A stretch of DNA of 64,000 nucleotides from Patescibacteria group bacterium. Lineage in GTDB: Bacteria; Patescibacteriota; Dojkabacteria; GCA-002793355. The translations under genes and the position numbers were made by a program. A model generated the notes under the pieces. It saw nothing but the letters and a program-made list of their open reading frames with translations, had not been told where the DNA came from and searched no databases. Shown here one piece after another: positions 26,466 to 37,153 of the stretch. The stretch's first letter is position 1. Each line of letters starts with the position of its first letter. The DNA is taken from contig BOKM01000001.1 in assembly GCA_016860985.1 (NCBI GenBank), positions 984,040 through 1,048,039 on the forward strand, read 5' to 3'.

Positions 26466-27941
26466 ATGGCCATAAAGAAAATTGTTATTCTTCATTCTAA
26501 CGATATTCATGGTGATTTTCTCGCAGAGACGCAAGAAGGACTCAGCGAAGCTCAGGTTGGAGGACTTTCCTTGCTATCCGGCTACGTAAATCATGTAAGA
26601 AAAGAGGAGCAAAATGTTCTTTTTGTCATCTCAGGGGATATGTTGCAAGGTTCGATGATAGATACTGAGTACAAAGGAATCTCAACAATGGAGATTATGA
26701 ATTACCTCTCTCCAGATGTTGTAACACTCGGAAATCATGAGTTTGATTATGGACTACCACACCTGCTGTTTTTAGAAAAGCTTGCTAATTTTCCAATTGT
26801 AAATGCAAATCTTTATATCAAAGGATTTGGTAAAAGATTAATGAAGCCCTACCATATAGTTAACATAGACGGAATGGAGATTTTGTTTACAGGGATCATA
26901 ACCGAGAGCGTTATTGATTCCTTAAAGCAAGATAATCTTGTGGGAAGTTTTGTAACGCTTGAAGATGCAGCAAAAGAAATCGAAGACATTGCGCGCGCCT
27001 ATAAGCATACAGATATTGACCTCACGGTGGTTCTCTCTCATATTGGATTTGAATCAGATAAAGAATTGGCCGAATTACTTTCGCCTAAAGCGGGTGTAGA
27101 TTTGGTTATTGGAGGACATTCGCACACGAAGCTGACTCAGGCGGTGAGTATAAATAATATTTTGATAGCGCAAGCAGGCCACGGAACCAATAACATTGGT
27201 CGATTTGAGCTTTGGGTTGATGACGAAACAAACAGTGTGGTGAGCCACAAGTGGGAGTTGGTTGAACTTTCAAGCGCGACTGTGGTTCCTGACGAGAAAC
27301 TTGCTACCTTTATAAATACTTTTAAAGAGAACGTTGATAAGAAATACAATGCAGTACTCAGTACTTTTACGTCGATTGCAACGCACCCAAACCGTACTTT
27401 TGAATCAAGTCTCGGAAATATATATGCAGATGCTTTCGCCGAAATTGCCGGAGTTGATATGTGTTTTGTAGGAAGTGGCTCGATTCGAGTTCAAGAGCTA
27501 GGACCAACTGTTACACTTTACAATTTTCTGGATTCGTTTCCATATGATGATTCGCTGCAGCGCTTTACGTTGACAGGTGCTAATGTTCTGAAAATCTTTG
27601 CTAGATTCATGAGAAATGAGAATCGAAGTGGCGAAGGGGAATGCTATCAAGTAAGTAAGGGTATTGACGCTCAGTATGATACGCATAGTAATAAGCTCGA
27701 CCGAGTGACATTTAAAGGAAAAAGTATCGACCCAGACGCCCAATATTCTGTAGCTTTTCAAGGATATCATGTATCGTCGTGCGAAAAATTTTTAGGATTA
27801 ACATTTGAAGAACTTACGCAATTTGCACCTGTTAAGGTTATTACAGCTTCTGCGCAAGAGCTTTTGAAGGAGTACCTGAGGGTTCATCAAAGATTGTGTC
27901 CATCGGTAGAAGGAAGATTACGGTACCTTCCTGAAACTTAA
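26466..27941 (+). CDS. Bifunctional metallophosphatase/5'-nucleotidase family protein
   Basis: ILHSNDIHGDF, GNHEFDYG, GGHSH are calcineurin-like phosphoesterase motifs. The C-terminal region is a 5'-nucleotidase substrate-binding domain. Confidence 0.8.
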   Translation: MAIKKIVILHSNDIHGDFLAETQEGLSEAQVGGLSLLSGYVNHVRKEEQNVLFVISGDMLQGSMIDTEYKGISTMEIMNYLSPDVVTLGNHEFDYGLPHLLFLEKLANFPIVNANLYIKGFGKRLMKPYHIVNIDGMEILFTGIITESVIDSLKQDNLVGSFVTLEDAAKEIEDIARAYKHTDIDLTVVLSHIGFESDKELAELLSPKAGVDLVIGGHSHTKLTQAVSINNILIAQAGHGTNNIGRFELWVDDETNSVVSHKWELVELSSATVVPDEKLATFINTFKENVDKKYNAVLSTFTSIATHPNRTFESSLGNIYADAFAEIAGVDMCFVGSGSIRVQELGPTVTLYNFLDSFPYDDSLQRFTLTGANVLKIFARFMRNENRSGEGECYQVSKGIDAQYDTHSNKLDRVTFKGKSIDPDAQYSVAFQGYHVSSCEKFLGLTFEELTQFAPVKVITASAQELLKEYLRVHQRLCPSVEGRLRYLPET

Positions 27942-27989
27942 AATTGTAGGTTTGTAATCGGATTGCGAAAATGATATAATCCGCAAGTT

Positions 27990-29879
27990 ATGACTGACCA
28001 AGCCCATATTCGCAATGTAGCAATTATCGCGCACGTCGATCACGGTAAAACGTCTCTCGTCGATGCACTTATGAAGCAATCACACTTGTTTCGCGATAAC
28101 CAAAAAGAAATGAACGAGAATCTTATTCTCGATTTTAACGAGCTTGAGCGTGAGAAAGGTATCACTATTCAAGCAAAAAACATCTCAATTCCCTACCAAG
28201 ATTACAAAATCAATATTATTGATACCCCAGGGCACGCAGACTTTGGTGGCGAAGTTGAGCGAACCCTTACAATGGCAGACGGAGTTATACTATTAATCGA
28301 TGCACAAGAAGGACCAATGCCTCAGACTCGTTTCGTTTTGAAACGTGCACTTGAATTGCAATTAAAACCAATTCTTATCATTAACAAAATCGACAAGTCA
28401 CATGCAGATCCAAAACGCGCACTCGATAAGGCAAATGACCTGTTTTTGATGCTTGCAAAGCGTGATGAAGATCTAGAATTTCCTACTTTGTATGCAATTG
28501 GACGTGAAGGAAAAGTCTGGAAGCAAATTCCAGAAGGAGATCCTTCAACATGGGCAAAATTGCCTGGCGATATTACGCCAATTTTAGAAACAATCGTTGA
28601 GCACATTCCCGCACCAAAGGGCGATAAAACCGAGCCGTTTATGATGCAAGTCGCCTCAATGGATTACGACACTCATGTTGGTCGCTCACTTATTGGTCGT
28701 ATTCGACGCGGAGAAGCAAAAAGAGGAGATCCAATTGTTCTTCTCTTACCAAACCAAAAAGGCGAAGTTGAAAAATTCAAAGGTAAAATAGAAAAGTTAC
28801 AAACACGTATTGGACTTGAATTTAAAGATGTTGACCTTGCAACAACGGGTGACATTATTTCGATTTCAGGCATTGATGTTAGTGCAATCGGAGGAACAGT
28901 TTGTTCACCAGAAAAAGAAGAGGTTCTTCCATCTATCAAAATTTCAAACCCTTCAGTACAAATTACGTTTGAAGCAAATACGTCTCCATATGCTGGAAAA
29001 GAAGGCAAATTCGTGACAATGAAGCTTTTGCAGCAACGATTAGATTATGAAAAAGAGATAAACGTTGGTTTGACTATTAAGAAAATCGATGAGGGGCGCT
29101 GCTCAGTAGCAGGTCGAGGGGAACTTCAACTTGCAATTCTTATTGAAACACTCCGAAGAGAAGGTTATGAATTCCAAGTTCGACGACCTGAAGTCGTTTT
29201 GCAAGAGATTGACAAAGTTACTTGTGAACCAGTCGAAGAGCTCTTCATTGATGTTCCAGACGAATACGCCGGTGAAATCACCCAAATAGTGAGCAAGCGA
29301 AAAGGAGAACTTATCAGTATGGACTCAGAAAATGGTCAAACAAAGTTCATGTATAAGATTCTGACCAGAAACCTACTTGGAATTAGAACGGTAATGCTTA
29401 CCTCTACAAAGGGAAACGTTATCATGGCAAACTATCTTTCTGCTTATGTGCCATATACAAAACAGGCTGACCTTTTCAGAAAAGGTGTATTGATTGCGAC
29501 CGAAACAGGCGACGCAACCAGTTATGCTCTCAACATGTGTCAGGAACGAGGCGAATTGTTTGTACAACCTGCAGACAAAATTTACGAGGGCATGATTGTA
29601 GGAGTCAACAAATTCCAAGAAGATATCGAGGTCAATGCTGTAAGAGCAAAACATGCTACAAACATTCGTTCAGCTACCGCAGATGCTGGAATCAAGCTAA
29701 AACCTCCAGTACAGCTTTCAATCGAGTTTGCGCTCGCATTCTTGGCAAAAGACGAGATGCTTGAAGTTACTCCTCAAAATCTACGATTGAGAAAGATTCA
29801 CCTTTCTAAAACCGCCCGTGATGTGCAAAAGCGCAAGGACAGAAACCTTGATGCTGATGCATCTCGACAAACGGGCTAG
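27990..29879 (+). CDS. typA: Translational GTPase TypA/BipA
   Basis: [34 protein letters not shown]-like domain order. 629 aa. Confidence 0.9.
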   Translation: MTDQAHIRNVAIIAHVDHGKTSLVDALMKQSHLFRDNQKEMNENLILDFNELEREKGITIQAKNISIPYQDYKINIIDTPGHADFGGEVERTLTMADGVILLIDAQEGPMPQTRFVLKRALELQLKPILIINKIDKSHADPKRALDKANDLFLMLAKRDEDLEFPTLYAIGREGKVWKQIPEGDPSTWAKLPGDITPILETIVEHIPAPKGDKTEPFMMQVASMDYDTHVGRSLIGRIRRGEAKRGDPIVLLLPNQKGEVEKFKGKIEKLQTRIGLEFKDVDLATTGDIISISGIDVSAIGGTVCSPEKEEVLPSIKISNPSVQITFEANTSPYAGKEGKFVTMKLLQQRLDYEKEINVGLTIKKIDEGRCSVAGRGELQLAILIETLRREGYEFQVRRPEVVLQEIDKVTCEPVEELFIDVPDEYAGEITQIVSKRKGELISMDSENGQTKFMYKILTRNLLGIRTVMLTSTKGNVIMANYLSAYVPYTKQADLFRKGVLIATETGDATSYALNMCQERGELFVQPADKIYEGMIVGVNKFQEDIEVNAVRAKHATNIRSATADAGIKLKPPVQLSIEFALAFLAKDEMLEVTPQNLRLRKIHLSKTARDVQKRKDRNLDADASRQTG

Positions 29880-29912
29880 TTGCCTCAGCTCTTCTATCTG
29901 CTATACTTTCAG

Positions 29913-30602
29913 ATGGATTTACTTGCCCCACTATTTTCACCAGACAGAGAGTCTGACATTCCGTTGATATACAAAGGAAAGATTTTTACACGACGTGCTG
30001 GATACCCTTTGTGGGTTTCTATAATTGGACCATCTGGTGCAGGCAAAGATACAATCAAAGATTTGTTGCTCCATACTGGTCAATTTTATTACATCAGGAC
30101 TGCTACAAATCGTTCTCCAAGAAAGGATGAAGATCCTCGTGCATACATCTGGATGAGAGCTCCTTACGAAAACGAACCTCAGCGCTCTTATTTGCGAAGT
30201 CTTATAAAGCAGTACGACCTTTTTGAATATAACTACCACTATGGCAACATGTATGGTACGCCTTTGGAATCAATTAAAATCGCAGGTAAATCGGGTAGAA
30301 TACCATTGTACTGTTCTGAGAATCAAGGAGCATTGTTTATGGAAAATCACCTCTCTGATCTATTTGATGTGCTTACCCTTTCTGTTATACCTGATTCGCT
30401 AGATGATATGGAGCGACGTATTCTTCGAGGTGGCAGAGACAATCAAGTTCAAAGGCTCGCAGAATCGCGTGAGCGAGTTCGAACTGCTCCAGAGGTCGCT
30501 CACTATATTGTTAAGAATCCGAGTTCTCCGGTAGAGAACGGAAAGAGTGGACTTGAAAGTGCTGTAGGTGCTATTAGAAAGCTACTCTATTCGATGTCCT
30601 AA
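29913..30602 (+). CDS. Guanylate kinase-like P-loop kinase
   Basis: The start was moved to ATG 29913. IIGPSGAGKDT is a Walker A motif. TATNRSPRKDEDPRAYIWM resembles the guanylate kinase TTRxPRxGExxGxxYxF segment. Confidence 0.55.
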   Translation: MDLLAPLFSPDRESDIPLIYKGKIFTRRAGYPLWVSIIGPSGAGKDTIKDLLLHTGQFYYIRTATNRSPRKDEDPRAYIWMRAPYENEPQRSYLRSLIKQYDLFEYNYHYGNMYGTPLESIKIAGKSGRIPLYCSENQGALFMENHLSDLFDVLTLSVIPDSLDDMERRILRGGRDNQVQRLAESRERVRTAPEVAHYIVKNPSSPVENGKSGLESAVGAIRKLLYSMS

Positions 30603-30653
30603 CAATCACAGAATCCCAGCTAACCAATTAATTCGTTGTTTGTGCAGAGAATA

Positions 30654-32180
30654 TTATTGATTATTCTCAAGGTATTCTCGTCTTCTTCTATACAGATAGT
30701 AGATGACTGCCGCGATGAATACAATCAAAAGTAGCCACCACCATGACCAGCTCCAAGAAGCTGCTGCAAGTAGTGCTATGTAGGTTGTAGTTTCAACTGG
30801 ATCGCTGAGCACATTTACTTTGTGTACTGCTGCACTATCGGTAATTCCTTTTGGTAAAGAACCTTGGTTTACTGTGATATTGTATTCACCAGGGCAGAGA
30901 TCCATCTCCCACTTGCCGTTATTGTCACTAATAAAGTGGTCAACAAAGTATTCTTTTTCTGCAACATTGTAAGTTACCTTTCCAGTAATATTCGAGAATA
31001 CCTTTTCGCCAAAGTCATAATTGCCGTTTTTGTTTGAGTCTACATACATGACGCCAATTAGCTTTACAACGTTGGTACAAGTCCTTTCACCTAATACTGC
31101 AGGTGTAGGCGTAGCAGTTGGGGTTGGTGTCGTAACAGCTGCAAGGACGGTTGGTGTGGTGACTGGTGGGATGTTTGTGTCGTTATCGTCTTCGGTTGGA
31201 TCGTCAACTTCTTCACCTGTGCCTGTTCCATCTGTTGGAGTTGTTGTTGGAGGGACTGTTGGCTCTTCTGTAGGTGTAGTTGTTGGTGTTTCTGTAGGGG
31301 TTGGTGAAACTGTATCAGTTGCAGTAGGAGTTGGAGTATCGGTTGGTTCAACAGTATCTGTTGGTGTCGGAGTTACTGTGGGTTCGACCGTGTCGGTTGG
31401 AGTTGGTGTTACCGTTGGTTCTACAGTATCTGTTGGGGTAGGAGTAACCGTTGGTTCTACGGTATCGGTTGGGGTAGGAGTTGGCGTTGGTGTAGTTACT
31501 TGTTCTTCACACCATTCTTCTCCATCGTTTGTTGGCTTATTATCATCTCCGAATGGACCTTCGTAAAGAAAATCGTTTGAGTGGTCTCCATGCCCATTCC
31601 ATCCTTCTTTTGCAACGTGCAAAACTTGCCAAGGGTTACTTTCACTTCCTGTTTCATGACAAATATAAACTTTTTTCTCGTCTTCCTCTGTTGGGGTTGG
31701 TGTAGGAGTTTCCGTTGGTTCTACAGTATCGGTGGGTGTTGGCGTTGCAGTAACGGTTGGCGTGGCCGTTGGAGTGGGTGTGCTAGTAATTGTAGGTGTT
31801 GGGGTTGGTAATGGGTTGCAGCCGTTTCTCCAAACTGATTCACCACTCGGCCAATTCTTGCCGGCGTAATATATGTGTTGACCATGTTTTTTGTAAGTAA
31901 GTGGTGGAATAATATCGTTGTCGTGTTTTTTATGCCCATTAAATACTCCGTCCAAGCTGATGAATTCTGTAATGTATGATCCGCCATGTGCTGGTACATA
32001 ATGACAAATTCGGAGGGTAAAATCGTGCCAGTTGTATCCATCTGATAAATCGGGAATATTGTTGCTGTTCGCTGATGCTGGTTGTAGTAACGAGAGTGAG
32101 AGGACAGGAGTTACTATATATACTGAAACAAACAAGAGCACTGAGAGGACTTTCGTTGCAATTTTTGTGAGATTTGTCAT
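30654..32180 (-). CDS. Cell-surface protein: signal peptide, two His-rich repeat modules, Thr-Pro tandem-repeat linker, Cna-B/SdrD-B-like domain, C-terminal TM anchor
   Basis: Signal peptide. Duplicated ICH-x-NGH-x-H-x-ND modules. [12 protein letters not shown] x4. [12 protein letters not shown]...[15 protein letters not shown] (prealbumin-like B domain). [26 protein letters not shown] anchor. Confidence 0.7.
   Translation of the reverse strand: MTNLTKIATKVLSVLLFVSVYIVTPVLSLSLLQPASANSNNIPDLSDGYNWHDFTLRICHYVPAHGGSYITEFISLDGVFNGHKKHDNDIIPPLTYKKHGQHIYYAGKNWPSGESVWRNGCNPLPTPTPTITSTPTPTATPTVTATPTPTDTVEPTETPTPTPTEEDEKKVYICHETGSESNPWQVLHVAKEGWNGHGDHSNDFLYEGPFGDDNKPTNDGEEWCEEQVTTPTPTPTPTDTVEPTVTPTPTDTVEPTVTPTPTDTVEPTVTPTPTDTVEPTDTPTPTATDTVSPTPTETPTTTPTEEPTVPPTTTPTDGTGTGEEVDDPTEDDNDTNIPPVTTPTVLAAVTTPTPTATPTPAVLGERTCTNVVKLIGVMYVDSNKNGNYDFGEKVFSNITGKVTYNVAEKEYFVDHFISDNNGKWEMDLCPGEYNITVNQGSLPKGITDSAAVHKVNVLSDPVETTTYIALLAAASWSWSWWWLLLIVFIAAVIYYLYRRRREYLENNQ
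31320..31500. repeat. 36-bp tandem DNA repeats (about 4-5 copies) encoding [12 protein letters not shown]
   Basis: Near-identical 36-nt units are visible on the + strand as GGTTCnACnGTnTCnGTTGGnGTnGGnGTnACnGT. The antisense ORF 31021-31566 is an artefact of this repeat. Confidence 0.6.
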
Positions 32181-32241
32181 GTTGTAATGGCTTATAGAAA
32201 ATATAATTATCCTCTATATTTTACTATGGTTTAGAAGGATG

Positions 32242-33204
32242 TCAAGGTATGGAAATTCGGGCAGATTCCTGGACTTGGTAATACTCTCGAAGTACAGGCT
32301 CAATATAGTTGTTCCACCAATCTTTAATACTAAGATCATTTTCTCTTCTGTTATTAGCTATTCGAAGTATATATGCCAATTCGCTATTCATATCACTTAT
32401 TCTGGCGTAATAATTTCTATCGCTTTCCTCCTTAATTCTTTTTACTTGAAAGCTTGGTTGCTCTCGTGGAATTGTTGCGAATGTATAGTCTCCTTCTATT
32501 AAGAGAAAAATGTCTCCTATTGAGTATGAGAGTTCGTGCAAGTCTTCCCAAATTGCTGCTCTATGTTCAGGATTCGCGAAGGAAAGTGGCGCGTACCATC
32601 GATTTAGAAATGTGCCTCCTGTTTCACTTTTAACCATTGGGGATTCATTAAGAGGTGTTGCTGATTCGAAGTCACTTAAGACTATAAACGAATGATCTAT
32701 GTCGCTTGCAGGTTTACGAATAAGAAAATTATTTGGTGAAATATCGTGATGTATCAGGCTTACTGTTGGCTCATCAAAGCCGACGTAATCTTTAGGAATT
32801 TGAATATTATGTAATGTGTGAACTGCCCTGCACATTTGGGCAAACATTGAATATCGCTGCTCTGGAGTAAGAGATTTGAGTAGTTCGAAGTTCTCAAAAA
32901 GTGATTTCCCTGGGAACTCTTCGTACATCACTACGTGATCGATGCGCGTTTCAAGCTGCTTCCATTTTGGACTATTTCTCTGTACTACCTCATTGTCGAG
33001 TACTTTCTGAATTCTGCGTGCATACGGCGATAAACCTATGTCGTCTACGAGTGTATCAATCTCGACTGCTCCCCTAAAACGGTGTACGTTGGGGCATTGG
33101 TCGGCAGCAAGATCAAGTAGTAAAAAATTGCGCTCTAAATTTTTGGCGAGTATTGAGTGGGCTTCAACCTCTTTAGAAGAATCTGCAGCGTCAACGGCAA
33201 CCAT
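32242..33204 (-). CDS. Eukaryotic-like protein kinase fold protein (putative Ser/Thr kinase or kinase-like)
   Basis: IHHDISPNNFLIRK resembles the catalytic loop HRDLKPxN. LSDFESA is DFG-like. WYAPLSF is APE-like. The start was trimmed to the Met at 33204 because the longer ORF overlaps tRNA-Val. Confidence 0.55.
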   Translation of the reverse strand: MVAVDAADSSKEVEAHSILAKNLERNFLLLDLAADQCPNVHRFRGAVEIDTLVDDIGLSPYARRIQKVLDNEVVQRNSPKWKQLETRIDHVVMYEEFPGKSLFENFELLKSLTPEQRYSMFAQMCRAVHTLHNIQIPKDYVGFDEPTVSLIHHDISPNNFLIRKPASDIDHSFIVLSDFESATPLNESPMVKSETGGTFLNRWYAPLSFANPEHRAAIWEDLHELSYSIGDIFLLIEGDYTFATIPREQPSFQVKRIKEESDRNYYARISDMNSELAYILRIANNRRENDLSIKDWWNNYIEPVLREYYQVQESARISIP

Positions 33205-33257
33205 TCTTGCTCTAATCGGGGTTTCTCTGTTGGGAATTGCGGTAAGTGACATATGTA

Positions 33258-33334
33258 TGGTGGGCAGCACAAGATTCGAACTTGTGACCTCTTCAATGTC
33301 AATGAAGTGCTCTAACCAGCTGAGCTAGCTGCCC
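33258..33334 (-). tRNA. tRNA-Val (anticodon GAC), CCA encoded
   Basis: The reverse complement is GGGCAGC-TA-GCTC-AGCTGGTTA-GAGC-A-CTTCA-TTGACAT-TGAAG-AGGTC-ACAAG-TTCGAAT-CTTGT-GCTGCCC-A-CCA, a perfect cloverleaf. Confidence 0.9.
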
Positions 33335-33353
33335 GTGAGATCTTACAAAGGAA

Positions 33354-34334
33354 TTATAACATGAGATCGATAATCAGCAAACAGTGATCCGATGCTTGCG
33401 GTAGGCACTTTTTTGCAATGTCACTCTGCTGCAAAGATTTTGAAGTAAAGGCATAATCAATGTGAAGAAAAGGAAAATTCGCGGGATATGTGTTTTTATT
33501 CGAAAAAATTGGTGTAGATAGGTATGAGAACGCACCTTGCGGCGAAATTTTAGTTATATCTCTTTGAATCTTTCCATTTTGTAGGGTGTTAAAATCGCCA
33601 ACGATAAGATGCGGGACATCAGTTTTTCGCGCTAGAAACGTAAGAAGCTCTTTCTTTTGGCTTTCTCGAGCCTCTTTTGCAGGAATTACTACAACCTTTC
33701 CGTTCGTATCAAGCGTTGGCATATCGGTAATAGGGTTCCAAAGATGTATAGATGTTAAAGTAAGATTTTTGTTTTGAAGTGTGACAGAAAAATGCCCCTT
33801 GCTGTTGCTACGATTCACTTCGACGACGCTACCTTTCGGGGCGAGAACGAGGAATTCACCTTGCGAGTAAAAATCCATTGTGGGAAAGTACTCGTTACGA
33901 ATCGAGGCGATTTCGTTTGTCATTAATTCTGATTTCCATACTTCTTGCAATAAAATGACATCACAATTTTGTCCTTTTAATGTACTAAGTCCAACATCTC
34001 TTCCCCACTTAAAGAAATACGCAGAATTCCAAGAACAAACCCGTATCAAGTTATCTGAGGGCAGTACTTTATTGGAAAAAATGATGGTACGTCCCATAAA
34101 AACGAATAGATTGAGAAGCAGCAAAGCTGTAAATGCCAAAGGAACAACAGGTATTCTCCTTTTATACATTTGGAAAATACAATAGAAAATAGGAGGTAAT
34201 ATAAACAAAACCGGTGGTGTATGGTGCAGATAGAATAACCAACCGCTCTCCCCGAAACCGCCTAAATATGCGATGTATATGATGTACCACACCAATACAA
34301 GCAATAAGTCACTGTTGGTTAAGCGGAATTTCAT
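33354..34334 (-). CDS. Membrane-anchored endonuclease/exonuclease/phosphatase (EEP) family protein
   Basis: N-terminal TM helices. VILLQEVW, GDFNT, SDHCLLIIDL are EEP catalytic motifs. Confidence 0.65.
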   Translation of the reverse strand: MKFRLTNSDLLLVLVWYIIYIAYLGGFGESGWLFYLHHTPPVLFILPPIFYCIFQMYKRRIPVVPLAFTALLLLNLFVFMGRTIIFSNKVLPSDNLIRVCSWNSAYFFKWGRDVGLSTLKGQNCDVILLQEVWKSELMTNEIASIRNEYFPTMDFYSQGEFLVLAPKGSVVEVNRSNSKGHFSVTLQNKNLTLTSIHLWNPITDMPTLDTNGKVVVIPAKEARESQKKELLTFLARKTDVPHLIVGDFNTLQNGKIQRDITKISPQGAFSYLSTPIFSNKNTYPANFPFLHIDYAFTSKSLQQSDIAKKCLPQASDHCLLIIDLML

Positions 34335-35032
34335 ACGATTCTTTCTAGAATTACAGTACCATCTTCGAATGTTAGGGTTATTGATTGTTTCTTAAAGTCA
34401 ATCACTATTTCCTGAGAAAGCTCTGTGTGTTCAATTATACCTACTTCATCTTTGCTCACAATCTCAAGAAAGAAGTTACCGGGAAGTTGAATTTGTTGGA
34501 TTTCGATGAAATCGTGCATAACGGGACTAGACCCATCAATGCGTAAGTCTCGTAGTGAAAAATGATGCCAGCTGCTAAAGATCTGGTTAAGCAATGCTAC
34601 ACTTTTTTCAATAATTTCGTTACTTGTTCCGCTCGATGGAAGCGTAAGGGTTATCTGTGTAATCTTATTTGATTTGTCCTTAGTTTCTACTATTTTCGCA
34701 AAAGCAGAAAAGTCTTCTTGTTTAGCTACAGCTTGTGTGAGTACTACTTTCATAATTCGTTGTGTCTGCTGAATCTCAGATGTAAAAATAAGGGTGTTGC
34801 CAACAAATGCAATTGAAGATTCAAGTGGGGCGGTGAGGTACGAGACCGTTTTTGCAGCATTTTCCATTCCATTATGAACTTCAAGTACGTAGTTGTTCTG
34901 TTTTATGTAGCATTTAGAAAAGAATACATTGTGAACAGCATCAACAGTGGTTGCGGATGCATCTTTTCGTTCGAGCACAACGACAATCGGTCGGTTTGTA
35001 AATGGTTGAAGAATTACCTGTGGGTCAATCAT
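34331..35032 (-). CDS. Hypothetical protein
   Basis: 233-aa ORF overlapping the downstream EEP gene by 4 nt (operon-like). No motif recognised. Confidence 0.45.
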   Translation of the reverse strand: MIDPQVILQPFTNRPIVVVLERKDASATTVDAVHNVFFSKCYIKQNNYVLEVHNGMENAAKTVSYLTAPLESSIAFVGNTLIFTSEIQQTQRIMKVVLTQAVAKQEDFSAFAKIVETKDKSNKITQITLTLPSSGTSNEIIEKSVALLNQIFSSWHHFSLRDLRIDGSSPVMHDFIEIQQIQLPGNFFLEIVSKDEVGIIEHTELSQEIVIDFKKQSITLTFEDGTVILERIV

Positions 35033-35074
35033 CGAGTCATTCTAGCATTTCTCTCGTGTAAGGTATAATAAAAT

Positions 35075-35935
35075 ATGAAAAAGAAGACGAGTGTTATGTT
35101 CATTTCGCTGATTCTTGTGATTGGAGCAATCTATTTGATTTCGTTACGCGCGAGTTCTATTAATGCTCAGCCCGTTCCGACACCAACTCCTATTCAAGTC
35201 GAAGTCACTTCTCTTCCAACTGAAACTACAACGCCGTTGCCACCAACTCCTGTGATGCTAAACGAAACACCAGCTAAGGGCTATGTTCATTATTTTGAAA
35301 AACTTCCGACGGTAAATGGACAACAAGGATACGTGGCATTTCCCTTAATATATAACCCAGATAATTTACCGCCAATTGTTATGTATTACCATGGCTCAGG
35401 GCAACGCATCACTTCAAATTTTTCGGATCAAGTAATGAAGAATATGCGAGCATACGGTGCGTACTTTACCTCAAAAGGTTACGCCTTTCTTGCCTCAAAT
35501 CAGCATGGTGATAATCAAGGTAACAAGGTTGCAGTCGAAGACTCAGAAGCTTTGATAAAATGGGTAAAAGAGCGATATGATACTGCGGACAGCTTATTCG
35601 TAATTGGATTTAGCATGGGAGGAAAGCCTGCAATGCGTCATGTGTTGTTACACCCTACAAAGGTAGAGAGACTTGCTCTTCTTGCGCCTGCACAGCAGAT
35701 AGAAACCTATACTGCAGAGCAAATTAAGCTATTCAAGAATACCGAAACAAAAGTTTGGCACGGCACAGCCGATGTGAACGTGCCCTATTGGGTTACAGAG
35801 GAATTACAGGCATATTTTAAGAAATACAGCGTTCCTTTACAAATAGTAACTCTGAAAGGGAAAACACACTGGGACGTCGATACAGAATATATGAAGGATA
35901 TTGAGGTGTGGTTTTCAGAAGAAGTGAGGCTTTAA
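35075..35935 (+). CDS. Secreted alpha/beta-hydrolase (esterase/lipase-like)
   Basis: Signal-anchor. Pro/Thr linker. GFSMGG nucleophile elbow (GxSxG). Confidence 0.65.
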   Translation: MKKKTSVMFISLILVIGAIYLISLRASSINAQPVPTPTPIQVEVTSLPTETTTPLPPTPVMLNETPAKGYVHYFEKLPTVNGQQGYVAFPLIYNPDNLPPIVMYYHGSGQRITSNFSDQVMKNMRAYGAYFTSKGYAFLASNQHGDNQGNKVAVEDSEALIKWVKERYDTADSLFVIGFSMGGKPAMRHVLLHPTKVERLALLAPAQQIETYTAEQIKLFKNTETKVWHGTADVNVPYWVTEELQAYFKKYSVPLQIVTLKGKTHWDVDTEYMKDIEVWFSEEVRL

Positions 35936-37128
35936 GGGGTGGTTGGGGGTGGGAAATAATTTCTGCCTTTTATTTCAGAAGGGAAACACTCTTGCTCGGA
36001 TTTCTTGTTCGTTAAATCGTGGTCGTATTCATACCCTTTTCCATAACCAATCTCTTTCATGAATTTTGTTGGTGCATTTCTGAAATGAAGCGGAACAGCA
36101 AGATTCCCATATTTTTTTACGTCTTCAGCTGCTTTTTGATAGGCGACGTATGAGTTGTTACTCTTTGGTGATTTAGCAAGATATTCTGCAAGCTGCACGA
36201 GAGCGACACCACACTCTGGCATTCCTAGGTTTTTGCAGGTGTCAAAAACCACATTTGCAAGTAAGAGTGCATTAGGTTGTGCATTCCCAATATCCTCTGA
36301 GGCAAAGCGTACAAGTCTTCTGGCAATATACAACGGGTCTTCACCTGCTTCGAGCATTCTAACTATCCAGTACACAGCAGCCGAAGCATTGGAAGATCTC
36401 AAGCTTTTGTGAACAGCAGAAATGATATTGTAGTGCTCTTCTCCATTTTTGTCGTACCTGAGAAACTTTTGCATTGCGGCTTCGACATCTTTTTTTGTAA
36501 TCTCTTTTGTTTCGGCAATATTGCAGGCTAGCTCAAATGAAGTCAGTGCAAACCGCATATCTCCGTTTGCAAGTTCTGATAGGTAAGTTTTTACCTCGTC
36601 AGAGAGAGAAACTTCAAGTAAACTCGCAGCTTGAGTAAGCCTTTGTTGAATATTTTGTTGCGAATGCTCAGAAAAAATGAAGACTCTACTTCTTGAAAGT
36701 AAGGGAGAGATAACGGTAAAACTTGGATTTTCTGTTGTTGCACCAATGAGAGTGATAACACCTGATTCGACATACGGCAAAAGTGCGTCTTGCTGGGCTT
36801 TATTCCATCGATGAATTTCGTCTATGAAAAGGATTGATTTCTTTTGACTGATTTCTTGATTTTTAACCGCACTTGCAAGTATCTTTTTGAGCGCATCTTT
36901 CCCTTCCGTTACAGCTGAAAGTCGATGAAAATCGGCGTCCACTGTTATTGCAATAATCTCTGCGAGTGTCGTTTTGCCAGTTCCTGGAGGACCCCAAAAA
37001 ATCATGCTCGGAATATTGCCTGACTCAATAAATTTTCTGAGAGGTCCTGAATCACCGACGATATCTTGTTGTCCAACAAACTCTTCTAAGGATTTCGGGC
37101 GCATACGAAACGCAAGTGGTTGTTGCAT
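35932..37128 (-). CDS. rarA: Replication-associated recombination protein A (RarA/MgsA AAA+ ATPase)
   Basis: MIFWGPPGTGKTTLAEIIA Walker A, ILFIDEIHR Walker B/sensor, and C-terminal MgsA helical domains. Confidence 0.9.
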   Translation of the reverse strand: MQQPLAFRMRPKSLEEFVGQQDIVGDSGPLRKFIESGNIPSMIFWGPPGTGKTTLAEIIAITVDADFHRLSAVTEGKDALKKILASAVKNQEISQKKSILFIDEIHRWNKAQQDALLPYVESGVITLIGATTENPSFTVISPLLSRSRVFIFSEHSQQNIQQRLTQAASLLEVSLSDEVKTYLSELANGDMRFALTSFELACNIAETKEITKKDVEAAMQKFLRYDKNGEEHYNIISAVHKSLRSSNASAAVYWIVRMLEAGEDPLYIARRLVRFASEDIGNAQPNALLLANVVFDTCKNLGMPECGVALVQLAEYLAKSPKSNNSYVAYQKAAEDVKKYGNLAVPLHFRNAPTKFMKEIGYGKGYEYDHDLTNKKSEQECFPSEIKGRNYFPPPTTP

Positions 37129-37153
37129 ACGCTATTATACCCCTTGCGTTTAG

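Noticed and set aside
31021-31566. 181-aa + strand ORF rich in VGVGV repeats
   Set aside because: It lies antisense to the Thr-Pro tandem repeats of the surface protein gene. It is a low-complexity translation artefact of the repeat.
33205-33270. 5' extension of the kinase-like ORF
   Set aside because: It overlaps tRNA-Val (33258-33334) on the same strand. The start was trimmed to the next Met.
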